Shown here: in pieces, positions 1-8,631 of the stretch
How the letters are laid out: the number at the start of each line of letters is the position of its first letter
Numbering within the stretch: the stretch's first letter is position 1
Notes under the pieces: model-generated
Seen by the model: the letters and a program-made list of their open reading frames with translations, nothing else
What the model was told of the DNA's origin: nothing
The model's database searches: none
Assembly: GCA_030650395.1 (NCBI GenBank)
Contig: JAUSDY010000030.1
Span: forward strand, 5,108 to 69,107
Source: Acidobacteriota bacterium
Lineage (GTDB): Bacteria; Acidobacteriota; Vicinamibacteria; Vicinamibacterales; UBA2999
Length of the DNA: 64,000 nt
Reading direction: 5' to 3'
Position numbers and translations under genes: made by a program

Positions 1-116
1 TGGCGGGCGATCTGCGCGCGGCGCAGGCGGCGGATCAGCTCTTCGCTCTTGCCGCTGAACATGCTGCCGACGATGACTTCGATCCAGCCCGTAGAAGGGG
101 TTCGGACGACGTCCAT
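1..116 (-). CDS. tdk: thymidine kinase, 5' part (runs off the window edge)
   Basis: Hand translation from ATG 116: [38 protein letters not shown], the TK P-loop GSMFSGKS. Not in the ORF track. Confidence 0.93.
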   Translation of the reverse strand, partial: MDVVRTPSTGWIEVIVGSMFSGKSEELIRRLRRAQIAR

Positions 117-153
117 GCTCTGATTATACGGACTCGCGCTTCACGGCGCTCGC

Positions 154-702
154 TTACCTCTGCTCTGGAAACTCGGGGCTCGTACAGAACACAGCTACCC
201 TGTAGCTATCCAGCGCAGGGAGCGTTGGGTCGCCGGCCGCTCCGCCGTCCCACGTGCCCCGAACCAGGCACGACACGCCCGCCTTTCGAAACGCGAACGA
301 GGTCCCGTCCGTTCCATCGGCGCTATACGCAGCCATCTCCTGCCACGCGCGCGCCGAAAAGTCTTCGCGCAGGCGCACGGCGGCGTCGCCCGTGCTCTTT
401 GCTCGAGCGAAAGATCCGGAGATCGCCAATCCGCATCCGAAGACCGGATTTCGAAGCGTTTCATCGCGGAAAGTACCCGTGCGACGGCGGATCGACACAC
501 CAGGAGTCTTCGCGGCCACTGCATACGCCGAATCGCAAGCGACGCGCACCGCCTTCGACGCCGTCTTCGCCGTCGGCGACGGCTTCTGCTGTGTGGCAAG
601 GGCCGAACTGTTCGGGCCAACCAGCAGGACGAACAGCGACGCCGCCGGCGCGAGCCAGGCGACTTGCTTATACGTGTTGATCCACCAGTATCGTGTTGCC
701 AT
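154..702 (-). CDS. hypothetical secreted protein with 4 Cys
   Basis: 182-aa ORF with a hydrophobic N-terminal segment, co-oriented between efp and tdk. Confidence 0.6.
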   Translation of the reverse strand: MATRYWWINTYKQVAWLAPAASLFVLLVGPNSSALATQQKPSPTAKTASKAVRVACDSAYAVAAKTPGVSIRRRTGTFRDETLRNPVFGCGLAISGSFARAKSTGDAAVRLREDFSARAWQEMAAYSADGTDGTSFAFRKAGVSCLVRGTWDGGAAGDPTLPALDSYRVAVFCTSPEFPEQR

Positions 703-711
703 CTGAGCCTT

Positions 712-1278
712 CTAGGCTCGAGTCTGGTACTCGCCGGTTTCGGTGTTGATCCGGATCACGTCGCCTTCGCCGATGAACGGCGGCACCTGGATCACGACGC
801 CGGTCTCGAGTGTTGCGGGCTTGGTCTGGTTGGTGGCGGTCGCGCCCTTGATCGCCGGCATCGTCGACACCACTTTCAGGTCGACGGTCTGCGGCAACTC
901 GATGCCGATGGGGTTCTCACCGTAGAACTCGACCTGGATGTTCATCTCGGGCTTGAGGAAGCCGACCGAATCGCCCATCAGCTCCGGGGACAACCGCGCC
1001 TGCTCGTAGGTCTCGGTATCCATGAAGTGGTACCCCTCGCCGTCGTTGTAGAGGTACTGCATCTGCTTCTGTTCGAGCGACACCCGCTCGACGATGTCTT
1101 CCGAGCGGAACTTCTCTTCAGCCATCGAGCCGTTGCGCATGTTGCGCATTTTGACGCGCACGAAGCCGCGGAGGTTTCCGGGCGTCACGTGCTGGCGGTC
1201 GAAAATGCGATAGAGGTCCTTGTCGATCTTGACGATCATCCCCTTGCGGAGCTGGGTTGCGAGCAGGTTGTCAGCCAT
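712..1278 (-). CDS. efp: translation elongation factor P (PGN-loop variant)
   Basis: LRKGM N-terminus, MQYLY, KPATLETG..IQVPPFI.EG C-terminal EF-P motifs. Confidence 0.97.
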   Translation of the reverse strand: MADNLLATQLRKGMIVKIDKDLYRIFDRQHVTPGNLRGFVRVKMRNMRNGSMAEEKFRSEDIVERVSLEQKQMQYLYNDGEGYHFMDTETYEQARLSPELMGDSVGFLKPEMNIQVEFYGENPIGIELPQTVDLKVVSTMPAIKGATATNQTKPATLETGVVIQVPPFIGEGDVIRINTETGEYQTRA

Positions 1279-1371
1279 AAAGCCTTTGTTATCAGTTAGT
1301 AGAACCTATCGAGCTTAACACAGCGCCTCGGCTTCAAGCCACCTCGGGGGCCATGCTACGATGCTTGGGTC

Positions 1372-1773
1372 GTGCCATTTGCGCGCTGGGATCCATTCCG
1401 GGATCTGATCACCATTCAGCATCAACTCGAGCGGCTTGCATCGAGCGGGCCGCAGGGCTGGGCGCCTGCCGTCGACTTGTGCGAGACCGCGGCCGCGTTC
1501 ATTTTCACGGCCGAGCTGCCGGGCCTTACCCGCGAGCAGATCAAGATCGAAGTGATCGACGGGCGGCTGACGCTGCAGGGGCGCCGCGACGCGCGCGTGT
1601 CGTGCGAGCAGTATCACCAGGTCGAGCGCGGCCACGGCGAGTTCTGCCGCACCTTCGCGTTGCCCCAGGCCGTCGACACTGAGAACATCGCCGCCGATCT
1701 GGTGAACGGCGTGCTGACCATCACGGTGCCCAAGATTCCCGTGCCCGAGCGGCGCCGCGTTTCGGTGTCATGA
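1372..1773 (+). CDS. Hsp20/alpha-crystallin small heat-shock protein
   Basis: RWDPFRDL, AELPGL, ER..G.F.R.F.LP, NGVLTITVPK. Confidence 0.93.
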   Translation: MPFARWDPFRDLITIQHQLERLASSGPQGWAPAVDLCETAAAFIFTAELPGLTREQIKIEVIDGRLTLQGRRDARVSCEQYHQVERGHGEFCRTFALPQAVDTENIAADLVNGVLTITVPKIPVPERRRVSVS

Positions 1774-2951
1774 TCACGCGCCTGTCGGTCGTGGGCCTGC
1801 TGTTTGCCGCTGGCCTCGTCGCCGGCTTGGCGCTGTCCGGCCGCGCGGACGATAACATCATCGAGCTCGACAGCACGCCCGCGCCCGTCGCCGTCGACGA
1901 CCAGGCCACGGCCGTGGCGCCGGTGGCCGCGCCCGCAAGCGGCGGGCCCGACTTCACCCGCGTCGCCGCGCAGACCGTCAAAGCCGTCACCAATATTTCG
2001 TCGGTGCAGGTCGTGCGCCGCAACGCCTCGCCCTTCGCCAACGATCCGTTCTTCCAGTACTTCTTCGGCGACCAGGGCGAGATGTTCGGCCGCGGCCGCG
2101 CCGAATCGAGCCTCGGCTCGGGCGTCGTGATTTCTCCGGACGGCCTGGTCGTGACCAACAACCACGTGCTCGGAGACGATGTCGCCGAGGTCACGGTGAC
2201 GGTCGGCACCCAACGCGACGTTCGCGCGAAGATCATCGGCGTCGATTCGTGGACCGACCTCGCGCTGCTCAAGATTGACGCCACCAACCTGCCCGTGATT
2301 CCGTGGGGCGATTCGTCGAAGCTCAAGGTCGCCGAGTGGGTGCTGGCCGTCGGCAATCCGTTCTCGCTGAACCAGACCGTCACGCTCGGCATCGTCAGCG
2401 CGCTCGGCCGCGCCAACGTCGGCATCACGGCGTATGAGGATTTCATCCAGACCGATGCCGCGATCAATCCCGGCAACTCGGGTGGCGCGCTGATCAACTC
2501 CCGCGGCGAGCTGATTGGCATCAACACCGCGATCTTCTCGCAGAGCGGCGGCTACCAGGGCATCGGCTTCGCCGTGCCGAGCAACCTGGTGCGCCGTGTT
2601 GTGAAAGACCTGAGCGAGTTCGGGCGGGTGCGCCGTGGCTCGATCGGACTGGTGGAAGTGATGCCGCTCAACTCGCGTCTCGCCGACGAGCTGCGGGCGC
2701 CGCGCGCCGACGGCGTGGTCGTGAACCAGATGGCGCGCGCCTCTGCGGCGTATCGCGCCGGCCTTCAACCTGGGGACGTGATTCTCTCGGTCAACGGGCA
2801 GGCCATCGTCGACCCGTCGCAGTTCATGCGGGTGATCGCCGATAGCGCGATCGGCTCGACCGTGCGGGTCGAAATTCTCCGCGAGGGCGAGCGCTCGACG
2901 CTGCGCATCCCGGTAGAAGCCCAACAGGATCGACGCCAAAGGCGACGCTAA
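1770..2951 (+). CDS. HtrA/DegP-family periplasmic serine protease, one PDZ domain
   Basis: Signal peptide, TNNHV, DLALLKI, IQTDAAINPGNSGG, C-terminal PDZ; ATGA overlap with hsp20. Confidence 0.95.
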   Translation: MITRLSVVGLLFAAGLVAGLALSGRADDNIIELDSTPAPVAVDDQATAVAPVAAPASGGPDFTRVAAQTVKAVTNISSVQVVRRNASPFANDPFFQYFFGDQGEMFGRGRAESSLGSGVVISPDGLVVTNNHVLGDDVAEVTVTVGTQRDVRAKIIGVDSWTDLALLKIDATNLPVIPWGDSSKLKVAEWVLAVGNPFSLNQTVTLGIVSALGRANVGITAYEDFIQTDAAINPGNSGGALINSRGELIGINTAIFSQSGGYQGIGFAVPSNLVRRVVKDLSEFGRVRRGSIGLVEVMPLNSRLADELRAPRADGVVVNQMARASAAYRAGLQPGDVILSVNGQAIVDPSQFMRVIADSAIGSTVRVEILREGERSTLRIPVEAQQDRRQRRR

Positions 2952-2954
2952 GGC

Positions 2955-4052
2955 ATGCAAGCCTCGCCCGCCACAGCGACGCTGCCCCACAACAGTCTCG
3001 AAGTCCTGCTCGCGTTGGCGATGGCGGCACTGGTCGCCACGGCATTCGCGATGCTCGCCGGCGCGCTGACCCGCCGCCTGTTAATGTCGATTGAGGGCGA
3101 GCGGTTTCATACCAGGAGCATCGCCGACCGCACCGTGAGCGTGGTGCGCCGCCTCACCTTCGCGATCACGCTGCTGGCGCTCGTCTTCCCCGCTCTCGAT
3201 TTCGCCGGCGTCGACATCGCCGTGGGGCTGCGCGATGAAGACCTGGCGCAGTGGGCGGCACGAACCGGCGTCCGCGTGCTGTTGCTGCTGCTGCTCGCCT
3301 TTGCCGCCAACCGCTTCGCCGGTTCGGTGATTCGGCGCGCGGAGCACGAGATCGTGCAGACCGGTGAGACGCAAGGGTTCGAACGGCGCAAGCGCGCGCA
3401 CACGCTTGGTGCCGCGTCCAGGCGTTTCGTCTCGTCTTTGATCTGGATCACCGCCGCCCTCGTGATCCTCCGCGAGCTCGACGTCGACATCACGCCCGTG
3501 CTCACCGGCGCCGGCATTCTGGGGCTTGCCGTGGGTTTCGGCGCGCAAACGCTCGTGAAAGACATGATCGCCGGCATTTTCATCATCGCGGAGGATCAGG
3601 TGCGCGTCGGCGATTCCGCAATCGTGAACGGCATCGAGGGCGCGGTCGAAGAGATCAACCTGCGCACCATCGTCCTGCGTAACGGCGAAGGCGTCGTCTA
3701 CACGATCGCCAACGGCGACATCCGCACGCTGGCGAACCGATCCAAGGACTTCGGATATGCAGTGATCACGCTCGAGGTGAGCTACCACGACGATACGGAT
3801 GCGATCGTCGAGGCGGTCAAGGCGGCAGGCGATGAGCTCGCCCGCGACCCATCGATGGCATCGTCGCTGCTGGCGCCGTTGGAGGTGCTTGGCATCGACG
3901 ACTTCGCGGCCGGGCAGGTGACGCTGCGGTTCCGCATCAAGACCCTGCCCGTGCGGCGGGACGAGGCCGGCCGCGAGCTGCGACGGCTGATCAAGAAGAC
4001 GCTCGACGGCCGCGGCATCAAGCTTTTCGATGTGCGTAGAGCGGACCTTTAG
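2955..4052 (+). CDS. MscS-family mechanosensitive channel
   Basis: GAGILGLAVGFGAQTLVKD..G.FI..EDQ.RVGD; the stop codon lies inside a REP loop. Confidence 0.92.
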   Translation: MQASPATATLPHNSLEVLLALAMAALVATAFAMLAGALTRRLLMSIEGERFHTRSIADRTVSVVRRLTFAITLLALVFPALDFAGVDIAVGLRDEDLAQWAARTGVRVLLLLLLAFAANRFAGSVIRRAEHEIVQTGETQGFERRKRAHTLGAASRRFVSSLIWITAALVILRELDVDITPVLTGAGILGLAVGFGAQTLVKDMIAGIFIIAEDQVRVGDSAIVNGIEGAVEEINLRTIVLRNGEGVVYTIANGDIRTLANRSKDFGYAVITLEVSYHDDTDAIVEAVKAAGDELARDPSMASSLLAPLEVLGIDDFAAGQVTLRFRIKTLPVRRDEAGRELRRLIKKTLDGRGIKLFDVRRADL

Positions 4053-4098
4053 GTCCGCTGTGGACGCGGTCGCTCGCGGATCTAAAGATCCGCGCTAC
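4036..4098. repeat. inverted pair of GTAG-type REP hairpins
   Basis: GTAG-AGCGGAC-CTTTAG-GTCCGCT (4036-4059) and CGCGGAT-CTAAAG-ATCCGCG-CTAC (4075-4098). Confidence 0.85.
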
Positions 4099-4709
4099 AC
4101 CGTCGGCGGGCGTCGTCCAGACACCGATTGGTGACCGGCGACCGTCGCCCGCCAGGGGCGATCGGTTCCCACACGGATGCCGATGCGCGAATCCCAGGCG
4201 ATGTCGCCCGCGGCGATGCCGCGATCCTGAATCGTCAACGGGCCGCGTGTCAGCGGACGCAGGTTATCGGCGAGCGTAATGCCCAGCGCGCGCGTCAGGT
4301 TGCCGGGGCCGCGGCACAGCTCGTGATCGGCGACCGCCGGCTTGCCCTTTCGCCACGGCGCGCGCGATCGCCGGCGCCGCATCAGCGGCACACCTTCGAG
4401 CGGCTCGAGCGCCCTGATCAACACCGCAGAGGGGTGGCCCTCTTCTTCGGTCACCGCATTCATCATGTCGTGCAACCCGTAGTTCAAGTAGACATACGCG
4501 CGCCCGGGCGGGCCGTAGAGCGGCGCGTTGCGAACCGTGCGGCCGACCGCGGCATGACAGGCGGGATCGTCTTCACCGATGTAGGCTTCGACTTCGACGA
4601 TGCGCCCGGACGTGGTGCCGGGCGCGGATCGATAAACGAGGACCATGCCGATCAGCTCGCGCGCGACGTCGAGCGTGGGCCGTGCGTAGAAATCGACCGG
4701 CAGGATCAC
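4095..4709 (-). CDS. mpg: DNA-3-methyladenine glycosylase (MPG/AAG family)
   Basis: GRIVEVEAY, AYVYLNYG, AVLIRALEP, GPGNL, RIGI. GTG start at 4709 overlaps the upstream TGA; the ORF-track start at 4868 is an overextension. Confidence 0.93.
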   Translation of the reverse strand: MILPVDFYARPTLDVARELIGMVLVYRSAPGTTSGRIVEVEAYIGEDDPACHAAVGRTVRNAPLYGPPGRAYVYLNYGLHDMMNAVTEEEGHPSAVLIRALEPLEGVPLMRRRRSRAPWRKGKPAVADHELCRGPGNLTRALGITLADNLRPLTRGPLTIQDRGIAAGDIAWDSRIGIRVGTDRPWRATVAGHQSVSGRRPPTV

Positions 4710-5545
4710 AGCTCCGGGAAACCGAGCTCCGCCAGATAGCCGCGCGCCTGGCCGTGCCGTTTCTTGTCGTCCATCGCCTGCCGGAGCACGGCGATGGAAC
4801 CGTCCTTCAGGAGGCGCTCGCGGGCGAACGTCACCGCAAGAGCGGTGGCATCCTTGCCCTCGGCCCACGGGTCGGCCGCGAGCCGCTTCACGAATTCCGC
4901 CGAAGACGGATCGCCGATTCGTGCCATCGCTTCGACCGCACCGCCGGCAAGGTTGCGTTTTTTTTCGTCACGATAGAAGTTGTAGCGCTCGGCTAGTGCC
5001 GCCAGGGCGCCGCGCTCGCGAAGTTGTCCCAACGCATCCATCGCCGCCAATTGCTCAGTGTCGTTCGAGCTGTTCCACATCTGGTACAGGGCTTCGATCG
5101 TTCCTTGCGGCATTGCCGCGGTGGCCCGCGACTCGAACGGCACCGCGAACACCCGTCCGGCAACGCGGGCGCCGACAATGCGGGTCTTGCGATCCTGCGA
5201 CCCGATCATCTCGAGCAGGGCCCACCCTGCCGCCGTCAGCTCGCCGGGCGCCACCTCGGGAGCGGCTCGTCCCGCCAGAATGCCGAAGGCAAATGCGGCG
5301 GCGATCCGATCCGCGCCAGTCGACGTCCTCAGCGTCGCCAGCGGCACCGCGAACGACCCTGGCGTCGGTTCGAGGAGCGGATCCTCGTTCTCGTCGAACG
5401 CCCACTCGAGGCCGCGTTCTCCCGAGAGCGTCACGCCATGGCGCTCAACCCATTCCACCAATACGGGCTGCGCTGCCGCCGGCGCGCAAAACAAGACCGT
5501 CGTGAGGAAGACCAGCTGAATTTTGATCTGTGTAATCTGTGTCAT
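4706..5545 (-). CDS. HEAT-repeat-like exported hypothetical protein
   Basis: Signal-like N-terminus (..CAPAAA-Q), AAMDALGQLRE and AVEAMARIGD HEAT-like helices; start codon lies in a 9-mer repeat. Confidence 0.65.
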   Translation of the reverse strand: MTQITQIKIQLVFLTTVLFCAPAAAQPVLVEWVERHGVTLSGERGLEWAFDENEDPLLEPTPGSFAVPLATLRTSTGADRIAAAFAFGILAGRAAPEVAPGELTAAGWALLEMIGSQDRKTRIVGARVAGRVFAVPFESRATAAMPQGTIEALYQMWNSSNDTEQLAAMDALGQLRERGALAALAERYNFYRDEKKRNLAGGAVEAMARIGDPSSAEFVKRLAADPWAEGKDATALAVTFARERLLKDGSIAVLRQAMDDKKRHGQARGYLAELGFPEL

Positions 5546-5571
5546 CTGTGGCCCTGGTGTATTTATCTGCG
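5526..5571. repeat. 46-bp ATCTG(C/T)GT(C/A)-type element, copy A
   Basis: 40/46 identical to 7951-7996. Confidence 0.8.
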
Positions 5572-5574
5572 GCC

Positions 5575-8511
5575 CTACTTCGCCGTCATTTGAAACATCT
5601 TGCCCGAAGACAGGATCTCGCGGATGTAGCGGCCGGTGTGCGACTCGGGCACGTGCGCGACCTGCTCGGGGGTGGCCATCGCGAGCACGCGGCCGCCGTC
5701 TTCGCCGCCTTCGGGGCCGAGATCGATAATCCAGTCGGCGACCTTGATCACGTCGAGGTTGTGCTCGATTACGAGCAGCGAGTGGCCGGCTTCGAGCAGC
5801 TTGCGGAAGGCGGCCAGCAGCTTGGCGATGTCGTCGAAGTGCAGGCCCGTGGTGGGCTCATCCAGGATGTAGAGCAGGCGTTCGCCGGAATGCGACGACA
5901 GGTGCGCGGCGATCTTGATGCGCTGCGCCTCGCCGCCCGACAGCGTGGTCGCCGGCTGCCCGAGGCGCAGGTAGCCGAGGCCGATCTCATCGAGCACCTG
6001 CAGCCGCCGCATCACCTTGGGCGTGCCGCTGAAGAACATCAGCGCCTCACGCACCGTCATCTCGAGCACCTGCGTGATGTTCTTGCCGCGGTAGCGGACG
6101 TCGAGCACCTGCGACTTGAAGCGGCGGCCGTCGCACTGCTCGCACGGCACGAACACGTCGGCGAGGAACTGCATTTCGACGCGGACTTCGCCTTCGCCCT
6201 GGCACGCTTCACAACGCCCGCCGGGCACGTTGAACGAGAAATGACTGGCGGTCAGGCCGCGCGACTTGGAGTCTTTCGTGCTCGCAAAGAGCTCGCGGAT
6301 GGGATCGAAGGCTTTCAAGTACGTGACCGGGTTCGAGCGCGGCGTTCGTCCAATCGGCGTTTGATCGACCAGCACAACGTCGCTCACGTAGTCGTGGCCC
6401 TCGAGCCGCTGGTGCGCGCCGACCTTGCGATCCCAGTCACCCTTGGCGCGCTTGATCGCCGCATAGAGCACGTCATGCACCAGCGTCGATTTGCCCGAGC
6501 CGCTGACGCCGGTGACGACGGTGAGCGTGTTCAGCGGCACTTCGATATCGACGCCCTTGAGGTTGTGCTCGGTGGCGCCGAACAGCCGGATGCGCTGCGG
6601 CGAGCCCTTGCGCCGCGCCGCCGGCACCGGAATGCTCAGCTCGCCGCGCAGGTACTTCGCGGTGAGCGAGCGCGGCTCCTGCATCAAGGCTTCGAGCGTG
6701 CCCGAGAACACCACCCGGCCGCCGTGCTCGCCCGCGCCCAGCCCCATGTCGACGACGTGATCGGCCACGCCGATCATGTCGGCGTCGTGTTCGACCACGA
6801 TCACGGTGTTGCCTTGATCGCGCAGCTGCCGGAGGATCTGGATCAAGCGCGCGTTATCGCGGGTGTGCAGGCCGATCGACGGCTCGTCGAGCACGTAGAG
6901 CGTGCCGACCAGTGCCGACCCGAGCGACGTCGCCAGGTTGATGCGCTGGGCCTCGCCGCCCGACAGCGTCGACGACAGCCGATCCAACGTCAGGTAGTCG
7001 AGGCCGACGTCGCGCAGGAAGCCGAGGCGCCGCCGGATCTCCTTCAGCACCTTGTCGGCGATCACCGCTTCCTTGTCGGTGAGCTGCAGGTCGGCAAAGA
7101 ACTGCTGGGCCTCGCGGACGGTGCGCGCCGAGGCGCGGTCGATGGTCACGCCGCCGACATGCACGTCGCGCGCCTCGCGGCGCAGACGTGTGCCGCCGCA
7201 ATCCGCGCAGGTCAGGTAGCCACGGTAGCGGCTCAGGAACACGCGGACGTGGACCTTGTACTTCTTGCGCTCGAGCCAGCGGAAGAACCCGCGCACGCCT
7301 TCATAGTGCGCCACCTGCCGTGAGCCTGTCGAAGGGTCGCCTTCGACGACGAAGGCCACTTCCTCCGGCGTGAGGTCGCGCCACGGCACGTCGAGGCGAA
7401 CGCCCGTGGTCTTGGCCGCGCGTTTCAGATCGGCCAGCTGCGATCGATAGTGCGGCTTGGTCCACGGCTCGATCGCGCCCTGGTTGATCGACTTGCCCGG
7501 ATCGGGCACCACGAGATCGAGGTCGAGCTCGATGATGTTGCCGAAGCCATGACAGGTCGGGCAGGCGCCGAACGGGTTATTGAACGAGAACAGGCGCGGC
7601 TGCGGATCCTCGTACGGGATGCCGCAGGTGCGGCACTCGAAACGCTCCGAGAACATGTGCCACGCCGGCTCGGCGCCGTGGTCCGCGAGCTGCAAGGCCC
7701 AGGCGGCGCCGCCGCCCTCGGTGTAGGCCGTCTCGATCGAGTCAGTCACCCGAGTACGCGCCTCAGCTGCGACCTTGATGCGATCAACGACTACTCTCAG
7801 TACCGATGCGGTCTTAACCACGGCCGGATCGACATCCTCAAATGCCACGGCGTTGCTGCCGATGAGCAGACGGCCGAAGCCCTTCTTTCGCAAGTTGTCG
7901 ATCAAGGCCGAGGATGGCGAGGCTGATGACGCAGAAAATAAATTGTCTTTATCTGTGTCATCTGCGTCATCTGCGGCCCCGGTGTTTTCATCTGCGTCAT
8001 CGGCGGCTCCCGCATCCATCTGCATCACGGGCAGATCGAATCCCAGGAGCAGACGCGCGCCCTCTGGCAATGCGAGCAACTTGTTCGTCACGACCTCGGC
8101 GGTCTCGCGGATCACTTCCTGCCCGCATTGGCGGCACATCGTCCGCCCCACACGGGCATAGAGCAGCCGCATGTAGTCGTGGATCTCGGTAACCGTGCCG
8201 ACGGTGGAGCGCGGGTTGCGGATACTATTTTTTTGTCGGATGGCGATCGACGGGCAGATGCCGTCGATGCGATCGACGTCGGGCTTCTCCATCCGCTCGA
8301 GGAACTGCCGGGCGTAGGCCGACAGCGATTCGACGTAGCGGCGCTGCCCTTCCGCGTAAATGGTGTCGAAGGCGAGCGAGGATTTCCCCGAGCCGCTGAC
8401 CCCGGTGAAGACGATCAGCTTGCCGGTGGGCAGCGTCAGATCGACGTTCTTGAGGTTATGCGTGCGGGCGCCGCGAATGACGAGCGCCGAAGCGTTTGAA
8501 GAAGGCGACAT
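5575..8511 (-). CDS. uvrA: excinuclease ABC subunit A
   Basis: Two GVSGSGKS Walker A motifs, LSGGEAQRI twice, zinc fingers, LFSFN..GAC. Confidence 0.97.
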   Translation of the reverse strand: MSPSSNASALVIRGARTHNLKNVDLTLPTGKLIVFTGVSGSGKSSLAFDTIYAEGQRRYVESLSAYARQFLERMEKPDVDRIDGICPSIAIRQKNSIRNPRSTVGTVTEIHDYMRLLYARVGRTMCRQCGQEVIRETAEVVTNKLLALPEGARLLLGFDLPVMQMDAGAADDADENTGAADDADDTDKDNLFSASSASPSSALIDNLRKKGFGRLLIGSNAVAFEDVDPAVVKTASVLRVVVDRIKVAAEARTRVTDSIETAYTEGGGAAWALQLADHGAEPAWHMFSERFECRTCGIPYEDPQPRLFSFNNPFGACPTCHGFGNIIELDLDLVVPDPGKSINQGAIEPWTKPHYRSQLADLKRAAKTTGVRLDVPWRDLTPEEVAFVVEGDPSTGSRQVAHYEGVRGFFRWLERKKYKVHVRVFLSRYRGYLTCADCGGTRLRREARDVHVGGVTIDRASARTVREAQQFFADLQLTDKEAVIADKVLKEIRRRLGFLRDVGLDYLTLDRLSSTLSGGEAQRINLATSLGSALVGTLYVLDEPSIGLHTRDNARLIQILRQLRDQGNTVIVVEHDADMIGVADHVVDMGLGAGEHGGRVVFSGTLEALMQEPRSLTAKYLRGELSIPVPAARRKGSPQRIRLFGATEHNLKGVDIEVPLNTLTVVTGVSGSGKSTLVHDVLYAAIKRAKGDWDRKVGAHQRLEGHDYVSDVVLVDQTPIGRTPRSNPVTYLKAFDPIRELFASTKDSKSRGLTASHFSFNVPGGRCEACQGEGEVRVEMQFLADVFVPCEQCDGRRFKSQVLDVRYRGKNITQVLEMTVREALMFFSGTPKVMRRLQVLDEIGLGYLRLGQPATTLSGGEAQRIKIAAHLSSHSGERLLYILDEPTTGLHFDDIAKLLAAFRKLLEAGHSLLVIEHNLDVIKVADWIIDLGPEGGEDGGRVLAMATPEQVAHVPESHTGRYIREILSSGKMFQMTAK
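7314..7336. repeat. short element inserted in frame in uvrA (encodes PSTGSRQ)
   Basis: CCTGCCGTGAGC-CT-GTCGAAGGG, with the same termini as the glpK insertion at 57161-57216. Confidence 0.7.
7951..7996. repeat. 46-bp element, copy B, in frame in uvrA (acidic loop ADENTGAADDADDTD)
   Basis: 40/46 identical to 5526-5571. Confidence 0.8.
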
Positions 8512-8533
8512 GGTCTATTGCGAGGGAAGGCCC

Positions 8534-8621
8534 ACAGGCGCGGATTTCAGCCGCGCCTGTAACCTTTGATTTTACCCCAACTGTCGCAAATGTAGAGGCG
8601 GGTCTTAAGACCCGCCTCTAC
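8534..8621. repeat. REP-like hairpins between the TPR gene and uvrA
   Basis: ACAGGCGCGG-ATTTCAG-CCGCGCCTGT (8534-8560) and the perfect 30-bp palindrome GTAGAGGCGGGTCTTAAGACCCGCCTCTAC (8592-8621). Confidence 0.8.
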
Positions 8622-8631
8622 GGCGCCGCCT

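Noticed and set aside
8512-8590. LexA box upstream of uvrA
   Set aside because: No recognisable SOS-box pattern; the only structure is a REP-like hairpin.
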